Below, in pieces: positions 34,423 to 43,859 of a stretch of DNA of 43,859 nucleotides; the first letter of the stretch is position 1; every line of letters begins with the position of its first letter. This stretch comes from an uncultured Verrucomicrobiales bacterium (lineage in GTDB: Bacteria; Verrucomicrobiota; Verrucomicrobiia; Verrucomicrobiales; DEV007): NCBI GenBank assembly GCA_964542215.1, contig CAZITR010000001.1:1-43859 (forward strand). Direction: 5' to 3'. The notes beneath the pieces were generated by a model. That model ran no database searches. It saw only the letters and a list, made by a program, of their open reading frames with translations, and was not told the DNA's origin. Position numbers and translations under genes: made by a program.

Positions 34423-35799
34423 TCAAACAAACTTGCCCGGGTTGAGGATGCCTTTGGGGTCAAGGCTATGTTTCAACCCCTGGTGTACCTGGCGGCCCAC
34501 CTCGGAAACCGCTTCTGGATACCATCTCTTCTTCGCCAGGCCGATGCCGTGCTCGCCGGAGATCGCGCCCTTGTTGGCCAACACCCATTTGAACAATCGG
34601 TCCACGGCGGCATCGGCCTTTTCCCGCACCGCGGGCTGGTCGTAGTCCGCCACCATCAGGTTGGTGTGGATGTTGCCATCGCCCGCGTGGCCAAAACAGG
34701 CGACGGCGATACCGCTTTCCTCCTGCAGTTGGCGGGCGAAGTCGACGAGATCGACGAGTTTTGAACGCGGTACGACGATGTCCTCGTTCAACTTGGTCAG
34801 GCCGGTGGCCCGCAGGGAATAGGAAAAATCGCGCCGCAACTGCCAAATCGCCTCGCAACTTTCGGGATCCGCCGCCTCCTGGATCTCCAGCGCGGCGAGG
34901 GTACGCAAAAAATCCCGCAACTCCGCGATCTCGCGGCCCACGGACCCCTTGCGTCCGTCGAGTTCGACGATGAGGTGGGCATTGCCTTCCGGCAGGGCAT
35001 CCGCCCCGAGGTAGTCGCGGGCGGCGCGCAGGGTGAAGCCGTCGGTGATCTCCAGGGCAGAGGGCAACCAGCGCGAGCCGAGGATTGCCTGGACCGCCGC
35101 CGCCGCCTCGGGGAAGGTGGCGAAAGTGGTGGTCAGCATCGCCCGGGACTCCGGGTGCGGAATGATGCGCAGGGTGGCTTCAGTGACCACCCCCAGCAAA
35201 CCCTCCGAGCCGACAAACATGCCAATCAAATCAAAACCGGTCTTGTTTTTGTGGCAACGCCCCCCCGTCCGCAGGACTTCCCCGCTGGCCAGCACGACTT
35301 CCAATCCCATCACGTAGGTCCGGGTGACGCCATATTTCAAACACCTCGGGCCACCGGCGTTGCTGGCGATGTTGCCGCCGATCGAGCATTCCCTGAGACT
35401 GGCCGGGTCGGGAGGATAATACCAGCCGAGCTGCGCCGCCGCATCCTGCAAGTCACCGGTGATCACCCCGGGCTCGACCACCGCGACACCGTCCTCCGGA
35501 TTGAGTTCCTTGATCCGGGTCATCCGCGCCAGGGACAGCACAATACCGCCCTCCACCGGCACGCAACCACCCACGTACCCAACTCCAGCCCCCCTTGTGG
35601 TAACCGGTATGTTATGCTCGTCAGCATAGCGCATCGTGGTGACGACGTCTTGCGTGGATTCCGCAAAGACCACTACGTCGGGCGGATTCGAAGCGTACCA
35701 TTTGTCGATCGCGTGTTCATTCAAGACACTTTCGACCATCGAGACTTTGTCCCCACCCAGGAGGACAGTGAGATCGGTTTTCAGCTTGGATTCAGACAT
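34423..35799 (-). CDS. FAD-linked oxidase (GlcD / D-lactate dehydrogenase family).
   Basis: From the ATG at 35799: MSESKLKTDL...; RGAGVGYVGGCVP (FAD-binding PCMH domain); C-terminal FGHAGDGNIH and GEHGIGLAK. Confidence 0.85.
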   Translation of the reverse strand: MSESKLKTDLTVLLGGDKVSMVESVLNEHAIDKWYASNPPDVVVFAESTQDVVTTMRYADEHNIPVTTRGAGVGYVGGCVPVEGGIVLSLARMTRIKELNPEDGVAVVEPGVITGDLQDAAAQLGWYYPPDPASLRECSIGGNIASNAGGPRCLKYGVTRTYVMGLEVVLASGEVLRTGGRCHKNKTGFDLIGMFVGSEGLLGVVTEATLRIIPHPESRAMLTTTFATFPEAAAAVQAILGSRWLPSALEITDGFTLRAARDYLGADALPEGNAHLIVELDGRKGSVGREIAELRDFLRTLAALEIQEAADPESCEAIWQLRRDFSYSLRATGLTKLNEDIVVPRSKLVDLVDFARQLQEESGIAVACFGHAGDGNIHTNLMVADYDQPAVREKADAAVDRLFKWVLANKGAISGEHGIGLAKKRWYPEAVSEVGRQVHQGLKHSLDPKGILNPGKFV

Positions 35800-35880
35800 G
35801 TCCACGATCAAAAATATGGGCAGGAGGGAAAGGGTTTCGACCCTCGAAAGGAAAATCCCAACTCCCAACCCCTACCTCCC

Positions 35881-37065
35881 TCAAACAATCACTTCCCGCA
35901 CGGGATTGGTCTCGGCATCATAGTCCACTCCATCGAGACCAAATCCAAACAGCTTGAGAAAATCATCCTGGTATCCGGCAAAATCGGAAATGGTCTCGAG
36001 GTTTTCAGTGTTCACCTGCTGCCAAAGCTCGAATACCGTTTTCTGGATTTCATCCTGCATCTCCAGGTCATCGATCCGGATCCGTCCGCGCTCGTCGGTC
36101 TGAGGCTCGCCACCTCCATAAAGGCGGTCGGCAAACAGTCGGTGGATTTGTTCGGTGCAGCCTTCATGGGTGCCCGCCTCCTTCATCACCTTGAACAACA
36201 GGGAAATGTAGAGCGGCACCACCGGGATCGCCGAACTCGCCTGGGTGACCACCGCTTTGTTCACCGAGACATGGGCGGAACCGATGCCGGGCAATTGTTG
36301 GATCCTGGCACAGCATTCCTCGAGATTGGTTTTTGCCCTGCCGATGGTGCCGTCCCAGTAGATCGGCCAGGTCAGTTCCGGCCCGATGTAGGAATAGGCG
36401 ACCGTGCGGCATCCATCGGCGAGCACCCCGGCATCGCCGAGGGCCTTCATCCACAATTCCCAGTCCTCCCCGCCCATCACTTTGATGGTCCCGCGGATCT
36501 CCTCGTCGGTCGCAGGTTCAATAGTGATATCATAGACCTCCCTCTGGTCGGTGTTGACGGTTTTGTTGGTATAAGTTTCGCCGATCGGCTTCAACACCGA
36601 ACGGTAGACCTCGCCCGTCTCCGGATCCTGCCGCCGAGGCGAGGCGAGGCTGTAGACCACCATGTCCACCTCGCCGAGGTCATCCCTGATCCGTTGGATG
36701 GCCTGCTCCTTGATCTCATTGGAAAAGGCGTCCCCGTTCAGGCTCGATGCGTAGAGGCCGGCTTCCCTTGCCTCTTTCTCGAAAGCGGCACTGTTGTACC
36801 AACCGGCGCTGCCGCTTTTCTTTTCCGTCCCGGGTTTTTCAAAAAAGACTCCCAGGGTATCGGCCCCACCGGCGAAAGCGGGCACAATCCGGGAGGACAA
36901 GCCATACCCTGTGGAGGAGCCGATCACCAGCACCTTCTTGGGGGCCTTGTCCCCCAGTGGCGGCTGGCTCTTCACAAATTCAATCTGTTCACGGACGTTG
37001 GCCGCGCAGCCGTCGGGATGGGCAGTGGTGCAAATGAAACCCCGGATTTTTGGTTTGATTATCAT
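35881..37065 (-). CDS. fabV: Enoyl-[acyl-carrier-protein] reductase FabV (trans-2-enoyl-CoA reductase family).
   Basis: 394 aa from the ATG at 37065: MIIKPKIRGFICTTAHPDGC, VLVIGSSTGYGLSSRI, YSYIGPELT. The 675-aa track ORF is an upstream read-through artefact. Confidence 0.9.
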   Translation of the reverse strand: MIIKPKIRGFICTTAHPDGCAANVREQIEFVKSQPPLGDKAPKKVLVIGSSTGYGLSSRIVPAFAGGADTLGVFFEKPGTEKKSGSAGWYNSAAFEKEAREAGLYASSLNGDAFSNEIKEQAIQRIRDDLGEVDMVVYSLASPRRQDPETGEVYRSVLKPIGETYTNKTVNTDQREVYDITIEPATDEEIRGTIKVMGGEDWELWMKALGDAGVLADGCRTVAYSYIGPELTWPIYWDGTIGRAKTNLEECCARIQQLPGIGSAHVSVNKAVVTQASSAIPVVPLYISLLFKVMKEAGTHEGCTEQIHRLFADRLYGGGEPQTDERGRIRIDDLEMQDEIQKTVFELWQQVNTENLETISDFAGYQDDFLKLFGFGLDGVDYDAETNPVREVIV

Positions 37066-37290
37066 AACTCGATTTTCTGGAAAACAGGAATCGCCTGTTC
37101 TGAGGGGCGACTCTAGACCGAAATCCCCACAGCGGCAACTGTCAGCCTGGCAAATCCCGGGAAAAGAAAGGCCGTCGATTTTTGTCAGCTGCCTGATCGA
37201 AAGGACTTGTGCCTGTCTCCCCCAGCGGAATACCCCAGCGGCCAATGACCAGATTTTCCTTCTAGCATTGACGGGGAATGTAGGTTTAGA

Positions 37291-38127
37291 TTGTCTCCAA
37301 TGAGTGACTGGGTATTTGAGATCCTGACCGTGGCGGGCCTGCTGGTGGCGGCTTTCGCATTGAAGACTTTTATGCAGCCCGCAGTGAGGAAGTTCGCGGT
37401 GGTATTGATTCTCGTCGCCAGTTTTTTGGCGGGGTTTTTCCTGACGGACAGCTATCTCGGCGGGGTGGCGGGTCTGCTCTTGTGGTTTGTGCTTCCGCTG
37501 GTCCCTCTGCTGACCCGTGTCCGGCGGCTGCGTTTGCCTATGGAAAAATCGCTGGAAAGCCGGCCACCGCCCACGGTGAACCAATTCCCGATGCTCAACG
37601 ACTTCACCGACGAGATCGAGGCTCAGGACTTTGAATATGTTTCCGACAAGGGCTGGGAGTGGGATGACAGTCGGCAGTATTTCCGGATTTTCTACCATGA
37701 GCGAGAGCGGCAACAGGCGGTGATCTGCCTGAACGAACAGGAGGATGTTTCCTTCGCCTTTGTCAGTATCGTCTGCCGGACTAAATACGGGCAAACCTAC
37801 CGGACCTGGAACTACCCATTCTCCCACACCATGAAAACCTCTCCGGGCGTACTGATGAATACGGTGTCCAAGGCGAATTCCTTTGCCGATCTGCTCGAGG
37901 CCCATCACAATTTCCTAGAGTCGAACGAGGTGGATCCAGAGGAAATCCTGGTCGAGGATGAAAAGAGCTTTGAACAGGCCATGGAGGAGGAAATCCGCCT
38001 CCAAGTCAGACACAACCTCGATCGCGGCCTGATCGCGCTGGCAGGCGAGGGAACTTTCCGCTACTCCTGGCGCGGACTGTTTTTCCTGTGGGGACAATTT
38101 GTCAAAGACATGGTGCGCTTGAGTTAG
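37291..38127 (+). CDS. Hypothetical protein with an N-terminal triple-TM region and a soluble C-domain.
   Basis: 278-aa ORF with coding-like composition. I recognise no family. Confidence 0.45.
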   Translation: MSPMSDWVFEILTVAGLLVAAFALKTFMQPAVRKFAVVLILVASFLAGFFLTDSYLGGVAGLLLWFVLPLVPLLTRVRRLRLPMEKSLESRPPPTVNQFPMLNDFTDEIEAQDFEYVSDKGWEWDDSRQYFRIFYHERERQQAVICLNEQEDVSFAFVSIVCRTKYGQTYRTWNYPFSHTMKTSPGVLMNTVSKANSFADLLEAHHNFLESNEVDPEEILVEDEKSFEQAMEEEIRLQVRHNLDRGLIALAGEGTFRYSWRGLFFLWGQFVKDMVRLS

Positions 38128-38160
38128 GGCGGTTCCCAACAGCCTCTGCGCAACACCAGG

Positions 38161-39978
38161 TCAAAACGGCCACAGCCAGGGAATGAGGAAGGTGGCTGCG
38201 ATCCATAGAGTTAGGTTGAGCGGCACCCCGACTTTGGGAAAGTCGTTGAACTTGTAACCACCGGCGCCGTAGACATAGGTATTGGTCTGGTAGCCGATCG
38301 GCGTGGCAAAACTCGCGCTGCACCCGAACATCAGGGCGACGATGAAGGGGCGGGCATCCACCTCCAAGGAGGCGGCTATACCGATGATGACTGGTGTGAG
38401 CAATGCCGCGACGGCATTGTTGCTGATGAGTTCGGTCAGGATCGACGCCAGCAGGTAAATGACGCTGAGGATCACGATCGGACTGTACCCGCCGACGGCC
38501 CACATCACCCCGTCGACCATGCGGCTGGCGGCCCCGCTTTGGTCCATCGCCAGGCCGAGGGCCAACATGCCGAAAATCAGGAAGATGATGTTCCATTGCA
38601 CCGCCTCGTATGCCTGTTGTGGTGTCAGGCACTTAGTCAGGATCATGCCGATGGCGGCGAGGATGGCCACCGCGGGAATGGGCAGCACGGGCAGGTGCAG
38701 GGCGGCACCGAGAACGAAGGCGGCGGTGACGCCCACCCCCGTCCAGAGTTTTGCCGGGCGGATGGTGATCTCCGGCGCATTGGTGATCGTGACAAAGTCG
38801 TTGGATTGTTGGATCCGGTGGATGGCCTGGGCCGGCCCTTCCATCAGCAAAGTATCGCCAAACTGGAGGCGGACTTTGTCAAAATCTCGGTTGAGATTCT
38901 CGCCCTGGCGATGGATGGCGAGCACGTGGATCCGGTGGCGGCGGCGAAAGCCGATCTGGCGCAGGGTCTTGCCGACAAAAGAAGAGCGCGGGCCGACTAT
39001 GCCCTCGATGAGCTGCAGTTCGCGGGTCTCCAGCTCCTTCAGGTTGAGGCTTTTTTGCTCGGCGAAACGGATGCCCTGTTCCTCGTGCAGTTCCTTGAAG
39101 CTTGAGCCATGCAAGGTCACCAGCAATCGGTCGCCACGGCGGATCTCCAGCTCGTCCAACGGGATGTCGAGGGTCTTGCCCCGTCTCCTCACCTCGAGGA
39201 TCTGGGCACTGGGGATTTTTTTCAACAAGGTGTCGATCAGGTTTTTTCCAATCAACGGCGAATCCTTCTCAACCGAGAACTGGGTGAGGAAACTGCGGGT
39301 TTCCACCGGTTCGATCAGCTCGGCCAGCGAGGAACGCTTGGGCAGGAGTTTTCGCCCGAGGAAAACCAAATACACAAACCCGACCACCGCATAGATGAGC
39401 CCGAGTTTGCTGACTTCGAACATCGAGAAGGGACTCTGCCCGTAGTCCTGGGCCACACCGTCGATGATGAGGTTGGTCGAGGTCCCCGTCAGGGTGCAAG
39501 TGCCGCCGAGGATCGAGGCGAAGGACAGGGGAATGAGCAGGCGGGACGCCTTCAGCCCGGTGGCCCGCGCATGGGAGAGAACGATGGGCAGGAACACCAC
39601 CACCACCGGCGTGTTGTTGACAAAGGCCGACAGCACCGCGGCCATCAGCATCAGGATGAGCATCACCCGCAATTCGCCCTTGCCCGCGACTTTGGTGAAA
39701 AAACGCCCCATCACGTCGATGGAGCCAGTCCGGTCCAGCCCGGCGCTGAGCACGAACATACAGGCGATCGTGATCGGGGCCCCGTTGGAGAACACACTGA
39801 GCAAACCGCGCTTGGTGAGGAGGCGGACGGGCTCGCCATCGACGGTGTGGCGTTCGACCACATCCGTCAGCGGCAGCAAACCGAGGGCCAGGATCGCGGC
39901 GAGCGCGGCCAGGGCGACGACCTCGGGGGCAGCCCATTCGCGGAAAAAACCCGAGGACGACAAAAAACAACAGCACAC
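38161..39978 (-). CDS. SLC13/DASS-type anion permease with central TrkA-C domains. Its likely true N-terminus (ATG at 40036) lies in another reading frame.
   Basis: 605 aa, polytopic, with two soluble TrkA-C-like inserts (…ILEVRRRGKTLDIPLDELEIRRGDRLLV… and …VLAIHRQGENLNRDFDKVRLQFGDTLLMEG…). The track start is a GTG. See the frameshift finding. Confidence 0.8.
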   Translation of the reverse strand: MCCCFLSSSGFFREWAAPEVVALAALAAILALGLLPLTDVVERHTVDGEPVRLLTKRGLLSVFSNGAPITIACMFVLSAGLDRTGSIDVMGRFFTKVAGKGELRVMLILMLMAAVLSAFVNNTPVVVVFLPIVLSHARATGLKASRLLIPLSFASILGGTCTLTGTSTNLIIDGVAQDYGQSPFSMFEVSKLGLIYAVVGFVYLVFLGRKLLPKRSSLAELIEPVETRSFLTQFSVEKDSPLIGKNLIDTLLKKIPSAQILEVRRRGKTLDIPLDELEIRRGDRLLVTLHGSSFKELHEEQGIRFAEQKSLNLKELETRELQLIEGIVGPRSSFVGKTLRQIGFRRRHRIHVLAIHRQGENLNRDFDKVRLQFGDTLLMEGPAQAIHRIQQSNDFVTITNAPEITIRPAKLWTGVGVTAAFVLGAALHLPVLPIPAVAILAAIGMILTKCLTPQQAYEAVQWNIIFLIFGMLALGLAMDQSGAASRMVDGVMWAVGGYSPIVILSVIYLLASILTELISNNAVAALLTPVIIGIAASLEVDARPFIVALMFGCSASFATPIGYQTNTYVYGAGGYKFNDFPKVGVPLNLTLWIAATFLIPWLWPF

Positions 39979-40103
39979 ACACCGCGATAACGGGGAGATC
40001 GAGGCTCGGGAACAAGGGCTGGAGAAAATCGAGCATGTTTAAGGTTGGTGGCAGCGTGGGTTTATCCTATTCTTTTCTCAAAGCGAACACTTACACTGCG
40101 ACC

Positions 40104-40430
40104 ATGAAAAATCGAGAACCTACCGAATTTGAGCAGCGTGTCTATGCGGCGACACGGCGAATCCCCCGGGGACAGGTGACGACCTACCAAAATCTGGCCA
40201 GGGAAATCGGCTGTGGCTCGAACCAGGCGGTGGGGCAGGCTCTGAAGCGCAATCCCTTTGCCCCGGAGGTGCCCTGCCACCGGGTGGTGCGGACGGACCT
40301 GACCCTCGGCGGGTTCGCCGGCCAGACCCAGGGAGAGGAGATCGCCAGGAAAACCAGGATGCTGCGTGAAGAGGGGGTGCCCCTGGATCACGCGGGGCGG
40401 GTGCCCGTCGGCCAGGTGTTTGACTATTGA
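40104..40430 (+). CDS. ogt: Methylated-DNA-protein-cysteine methyltransferase (single MGMT domain).
   Basis: From the ATG at 40104: TEFEQRVYAATRRIPRGQVTTYQNLA...NPFAPEVPCHRVV (PCHR active site). Confidence 0.8.
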   Translation: MKNREPTEFEQRVYAATRRIPRGQVTTYQNLAREIGCGSNQAVGQALKRNPFAPEVPCHRVVRTDLTLGGFAGQTQGEEIARKTRMLREEGVPLDHAGRVPVGQVFDY

Positions 40431-40465
40431 GAGCCTGGGGCATTTTTTCACCCTTGCCAGCGGAC

Positions 40466-40783
40466 ATGGAGAACCCCGAGGACATTTTCCGACGCGAGCT
40501 GGCTGGCAATCTGGCGGATCTGAAGCGCTTCCGCATGCCCTTTGGCAAGTACGGTCCGGACCACTGCCCCCCCAAGGGCATGCCGCTCTACGATTTGCCC
40601 TTGGAATACCTGCTGTGGTTCCAACAACGCGGGGGCTTCCCCGCCGGACGCCTGGGGGAGTTGATGGAGTTTGTCTGCCAGGTGAAAGGCGCCGGTGCGG
40701 GGGAGGTGTTCGCCCCACTGCGCGAGGCAGCGGGTGGCCGGCAAACGAGCAGACGACCGCGCAAACGGAACTTTGAGTTTTGA
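40466..40783 (+). CDS. DUF3820-like small protein.
   Basis: From the ATG at 40466. MPFGKYGP...PLYDLPLEYLLWFQQRGGFPAGRLGELM matches my recollection of the DUF3820 signature (FGKY..G..L.DLP..YL.WF...GFP.G.LG). Confidence 0.6.
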   Translation: MENPEDIFRRELAGNLADLKRFRMPFGKYGPDHCPPKGMPLYDLPLEYLLWFQQRGGFPAGRLGELMEFVCQVKGAGAGEVFAPLREAAGGRQTSRRPRKRNFEF

Positions 40784-40832
40784 AAGGAGAATTGCTTGAG
40801 GAACAGCCAGTGCTGATCAACATTCTCCATCA

Positions 40833-42218
40833 ATGACCACACAACGATCCATGGTGAAATCACTGCTGGGTGCCACCGAACCCAGTCCGGCAGTGCGGGT
40901 GCAGGGCTGGGTGCGGACCAAGCGCGACTCCAAGGCTTTTTCCTTTGTGGAGATCAACGACGGCTCCTGCCTGGCGAATATCCAGGTGGTCGTGGACGCC
41001 ACCGTGCCCGGTTACGAGGCCTCCATCCCGGATCTCCGGACCGGGGCGGCAATCGAGGTGGAGGGCGAATTGGTGGCGTCACAGGGCAAGGGCCAGCAGT
41101 GGGAAATCGTCGCGAAATCAGTCATTGTCCACGGCAATGCGGATGAGGATTACCCGCTACAAAAAAAGGGTCACACCCCCGAATTCCTGCGCTCCATTGC
41201 CCATCTACGCCCGCGGTCCAATCTGTTCGGCTGCGTGTTCCGGGTACGCAGTCGGCTGGCTTACGCCGTGCACCGGTTTTTCCAACACAGGGATTTCATC
41301 CATGTCCATACCCCGATCATCACCGCCAGCGACTGCGAGGGCGCCGGCGAGATGTTCCAGGTGAAAACCCTGTCCGGCGAGGCAGGTGGGGACACTGGGG
41401 ACGGCGGGAGCGCGGAATTTTTCGGCAAGCCGGCCTTTCTAACGGTGAGCGGTCAACTGGAGGGCGAAACCTTCGCCTCTGCGCTGTCCAACATCTACAC
41501 CTTCGGCCCCACCTTCCGGGCAGAAAACTCCCACACCACCCGCCACGCCAGCGAGTTCTGGATGATCGAGCCGGAAATGGCCTTCTGCGATCTCGAGGGC
41601 GACATGGATCTCGCCGAGCAGATGGTGAAATACCTGGTCAGCGATATCCTGGAAAACTGTGGCGAGGACCTGCAGTTGTTCGCCAAGTTTGTCGACAAAG
41701 GCTTGATGGAACGCCTAGAGTTTGTCCGCGACCGCCCCTTTGAACGGGTGAGCTACGACGACGCGGTCGAGTTGTTGAAACAATCGGGGCAGGACTTTGA
41801 ATTTGCGGTGGAACAGGGGGTCAATCTACAGTCCGAACATGAGCGTTATTTGACCGAACAACACTTCAAATGCCCGGTGACCGTCTACAACTATCCAAAG
41901 GACATCAAGCCCTTCTACATGCGGCTGAACGACGACGGAAAAACGGTCGCCGCCATGGATTTGCTAGTGCCGGGAATCGGCGAGATCGTCGGCGGCAGCC
42001 AGCGGGAGGAACGGCTGGATGTCTTGCGGGCAAACATGGCGCGGGCGGGTCTGGACGAAAGGGAATACTGGTGGTACGTCGATCTGCGCCGCTATGGCAC
42101 CGTGCCACACGCCGGGTTTGGCCTGGGGTTTGAGCGCATGTTGATGTTCGTCACCGGAGTGGCCAATATCCGCGATGTGATCCCCTTCCCCAGGGTGCCC
42201 GGATGGGCTGAATTTTGA
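40833..42218 (+). CDS. asnS: Asparaginyl-tRNA synthetase.
   Basis: 461 aa. N-terminal OB fold (VRVQGWVRTKRDSKAFSFVEINDGS). Class II motifs FRAENSHTTRHASEFWMIEPEMAF and GFGLGFERM. Confidence 0.95.
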   Translation: MTTQRSMVKSLLGATEPSPAVRVQGWVRTKRDSKAFSFVEINDGSCLANIQVVVDATVPGYEASIPDLRTGAAIEVEGELVASQGKGQQWEIVAKSVIVHGNADEDYPLQKKGHTPEFLRSIAHLRPRSNLFGCVFRVRSRLAYAVHRFFQHRDFIHVHTPIITASDCEGAGEMFQVKTLSGEAGGDTGDGGSAEFFGKPAFLTVSGQLEGETFASALSNIYTFGPTFRAENSHTTRHASEFWMIEPEMAFCDLEGDMDLAEQMVKYLVSDILENCGEDLQLFAKFVDKGLMERLEFVRDRPFERVSYDDAVELLKQSGQDFEFAVEQGVNLQSEHERYLTEQHFKCPVTVYNYPKDIKPFYMRLNDDGKTVAAMDLLVPGIGEIVGGSQREERLDVLRANMARAGLDEREYWWYVDLRRYGTVPHAGFGLGFERMLMFVTGVANIRDVIPFPRVPGWAEF

Positions 42219-42256
42219 ACAGGGCACCCGGCCATTCTCCCAATCAATAGCCAAGG

Positions 42257-43837
42257 ATGAACAACCAAATTCTCCCCCCATCGGTAATCCGGCACTCCCT
42301 GTTTTGCGCTCTGGCCTTGACGCTCGCTTGGCTCCCGGACGGGACAGCGGGGGAACTCCGCCTTCCCTCCGTGATTGGCGACCACATGGTCTTGCAGCGT
42401 GAAACGGAAAACCCGATCTGGGGCTGGGCCGAACCTGGCCGGAAAATCACGGTCGGGTTTGCCGGCCACACCCTACACGCAAAAGCGAATGCCGGGGGAC
42501 GCTGGCAAGTGGCATTGCCAAAATTGAAAGCCAGCGCCGAAGGACGCGAGATGAGCCTGCGCAGCGACGACGGCACAACGCTCGCGGTACGCGATGTGTT
42601 GGTCGGAGAGGTGTGGTTCTTTAGCGGCCCCTCGAATATCTACTGGCCAGTGGAACGCTGCGCCAATGCCAAACAGGAAATCGCCGCAGCCAACTACCCG
42701 GCGATCCGCTTCTTTGCCACCCCGAAAAAACTGGCCGACGAGCCACAGGATGATTGCGGCGGGCAATGGGCACCGTGCAGCCCGGAGACCATCGGCAGCG
42801 CCTCGGGGGTGGCCTATTTCTTCAGCCGCCGCCTGCACCGCGCACTGGACGTCCCCATCGGCGCTTTGCAGAGTTTTTGGGGCGGCACCCGGGTGGAGGG
42901 CTGGACCAGTGCGGAAGCCGTCGCCGCCGAGCCCTCGCTCGCACCGGTGGTCGATTGGTGGGACCAGGCCATTGCCGGGTACGACCTCGAAGCTGAGCGC
43001 AAAAACCACCGCCGGGCCATGGAACAGTGGAGGCGTGAGGCAAATGCGGCACAGAGCCGGGGTGCCAAAGCCCCACCACAGCCGCGCATGCCGGTGAATC
43101 CAGCAAAATCCTTCCACCGCCCGGGACGTTTGTTCAACGGCATGGTCGCCCCTCTCATCCCCTTCGGCATCCGTGGCGCGGTCACTTACCAGGGTCTGGG
43201 CAACCTCTACTGGGCGGAATACGGAGAGACGCTCATGGCAACCATGTTTCGCGACTGGCGCAAACGCTGGGGCCGTGGGGATTTCCCCATCGGCATGATC
43301 CAACCCGCCCCCTTTCCTACCGACGGCTGGAAAAAACAGCTCCCCGAAGCCTACCTGCTCCAACGCGAAGCCCAACTGCAACTGCTCAAAACCCTGCCAA
43401 ACATGGGCCTGGCCCCCACTTTGGACATCGTCAATCTACGCAATGTCCACTTTCCGCAAAAACAACCCGTCGCCAAGCGTATGGCACAGTGGGCCCTGGC
43501 GGAGGTGTACGGTCGCCCCGTCGGATACGGCGGCCCGGTCTACCGATCCATGGCGGTCGAGGGAAATGCCATCCGCATCCATTTCGAAAATACCCGGGGC
43601 GGTTTGAAAACGAGTGATGGCAAAGCACCGACCGGATTCACCATCGCCGGCGACGATGGCAAGTTTGTCCCGGCCGATGCCGTCATCGACGGCGATAGTG
43701 TACTGGTCAGCAGTGGCGAAGTGCCGCAACCAGTGGCAGTCCAATTTGCCTGGAGCGACACCGCGACCTCGAACCTGAGGGATGGGGACGGCCTACCCGC
43801 AACCCTGTTCCGCAGCGACCGGAACGAGGATCCATAG
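42257..43837 (+). CDS. Secreted sialate O-acetylesterase-like carbohydrate esterase.
   Basis: 526 aa with a signal peptide. LRLPSVIGDHMVLQRE..PIWGWA, GEVWFFSGPSN, GAVTYQGLGN and a C-terminal beta-sandwich-like region are typical of the 9-O-acetylesterase (DUF303) family. Confidence 0.75.
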   Translation: MNNQILPPSVIRHSLFCALALTLAWLPDGTAGELRLPSVIGDHMVLQRETENPIWGWAEPGRKITVGFAGHTLHAKANAGGRWQVALPKLKASAEGREMSLRSDDGTTLAVRDVLVGEVWFFSGPSNIYWPVERCANAKQEIAAANYPAIRFFATPKKLADEPQDDCGGQWAPCSPETIGSASGVAYFFSRRLHRALDVPIGALQSFWGGTRVEGWTSAEAVAAEPSLAPVVDWWDQAIAGYDLEAERKNHRRAMEQWRREANAAQSRGAKAPPQPRMPVNPAKSFHRPGRLFNGMVAPLIPFGIRGAVTYQGLGNLYWAEYGETLMATMFRDWRKRWGRGDFPIGMIQPAPFPTDGWKKQLPEAYLLQREAQLQLLKTLPNMGLAPTLDIVNLRNVHFPQKQPVAKRMAQWALAEVYGRPVGYGGPVYRSMAVEGNAIRIHFENTRGGLKTSDGKAPTGFTIAGDDGKFVPADAVIDGDSVLVSSGEVPQPVAVQFAWSDTATSNLRDGDGLPATLFRSDRNEDP

Positions 43838-43859
43838 GGTAGGGCACCAGGATCAAAAC

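Noticed and set aside
35881-37908. A 675-aa ORF suggesting a much longer FabV with an N-terminal extension.
   Set aside because: The first ~280 residues are low-complexity and Arg/Gln/Pro-rich. They also overlap the divergent gene at 37291-38127. The canonical FabV N-terminus MIIKPKIRGFICTTAHP starts at the ATG at 37065.
1-43859. CRISPR arrays, rRNA genes, IS elements with terminal inverted repeats, and additional tRNAs.
   Set aside because: Reading through the window, I saw no regularly spaced repeat-spacer array, no rRNA-like conserved stretches, no transposase-like ORF and no second cloverleaf-compatible sequence.

Overview
This window is 43.9 kb of a high-GC bacterial chromosome. Hand counts of single 60-nt lines give about 55-58% GC in the flanks. 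Housekeeping genes (proS, hisA, cca, asnS, fabV, a glcD-like oxidase, znuABC) sit alongside Cys-type sulfatases, a SUMF1/FGE-domain protein and a sialate O-acetylesterase. That mix suggests a PVC-group organism such as Verrucomicrobiota, but this is inference only.

The main feature is a ~14 kb genomic island (about 1212-15195) between proS and a tRNA-Ser(UGA) gene. It is marked by a 21-nt exact duplicate of the tRNA 3' end. The island is a mosaic:
- A backbone (one spot count 55% GC, by eye GC-richer than the cassette) carries a small HTH gene, antirestriction ardA, an HD-domain small alarmone hydrolase, and a large serine recombinase that lacks its catalytic domain.
- A ~10.3 kb AT-richer cassette (spot counts 37-50% GC) interrupts that backbone. 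It is a co-directional, translationally coupled minus-strand array: ParD-like RHH gene -> hsdM -> hsdS -> PrrC-like ABC-ATPase/anticodon nuclease -> hsdR -> DUF1837-like nuclease + SF2 helicase (a Hachiman-like HamA/HamB pair).

My best candidates for the system of interest are the nuclease+helicase pair at 3293-6348 and the PrrC-like guard embedded in the Type IC-like R-M locus. The adjacent HD hydrolase and the RHH leader gene are unusual add-ons.

The remaining ~28 kb looks like ordinary core genome, with a few minor oddities. All functional calls rest on motif recognition by eye from the supplied translations and my own translation of unlisted frames. No database search or computation was run.
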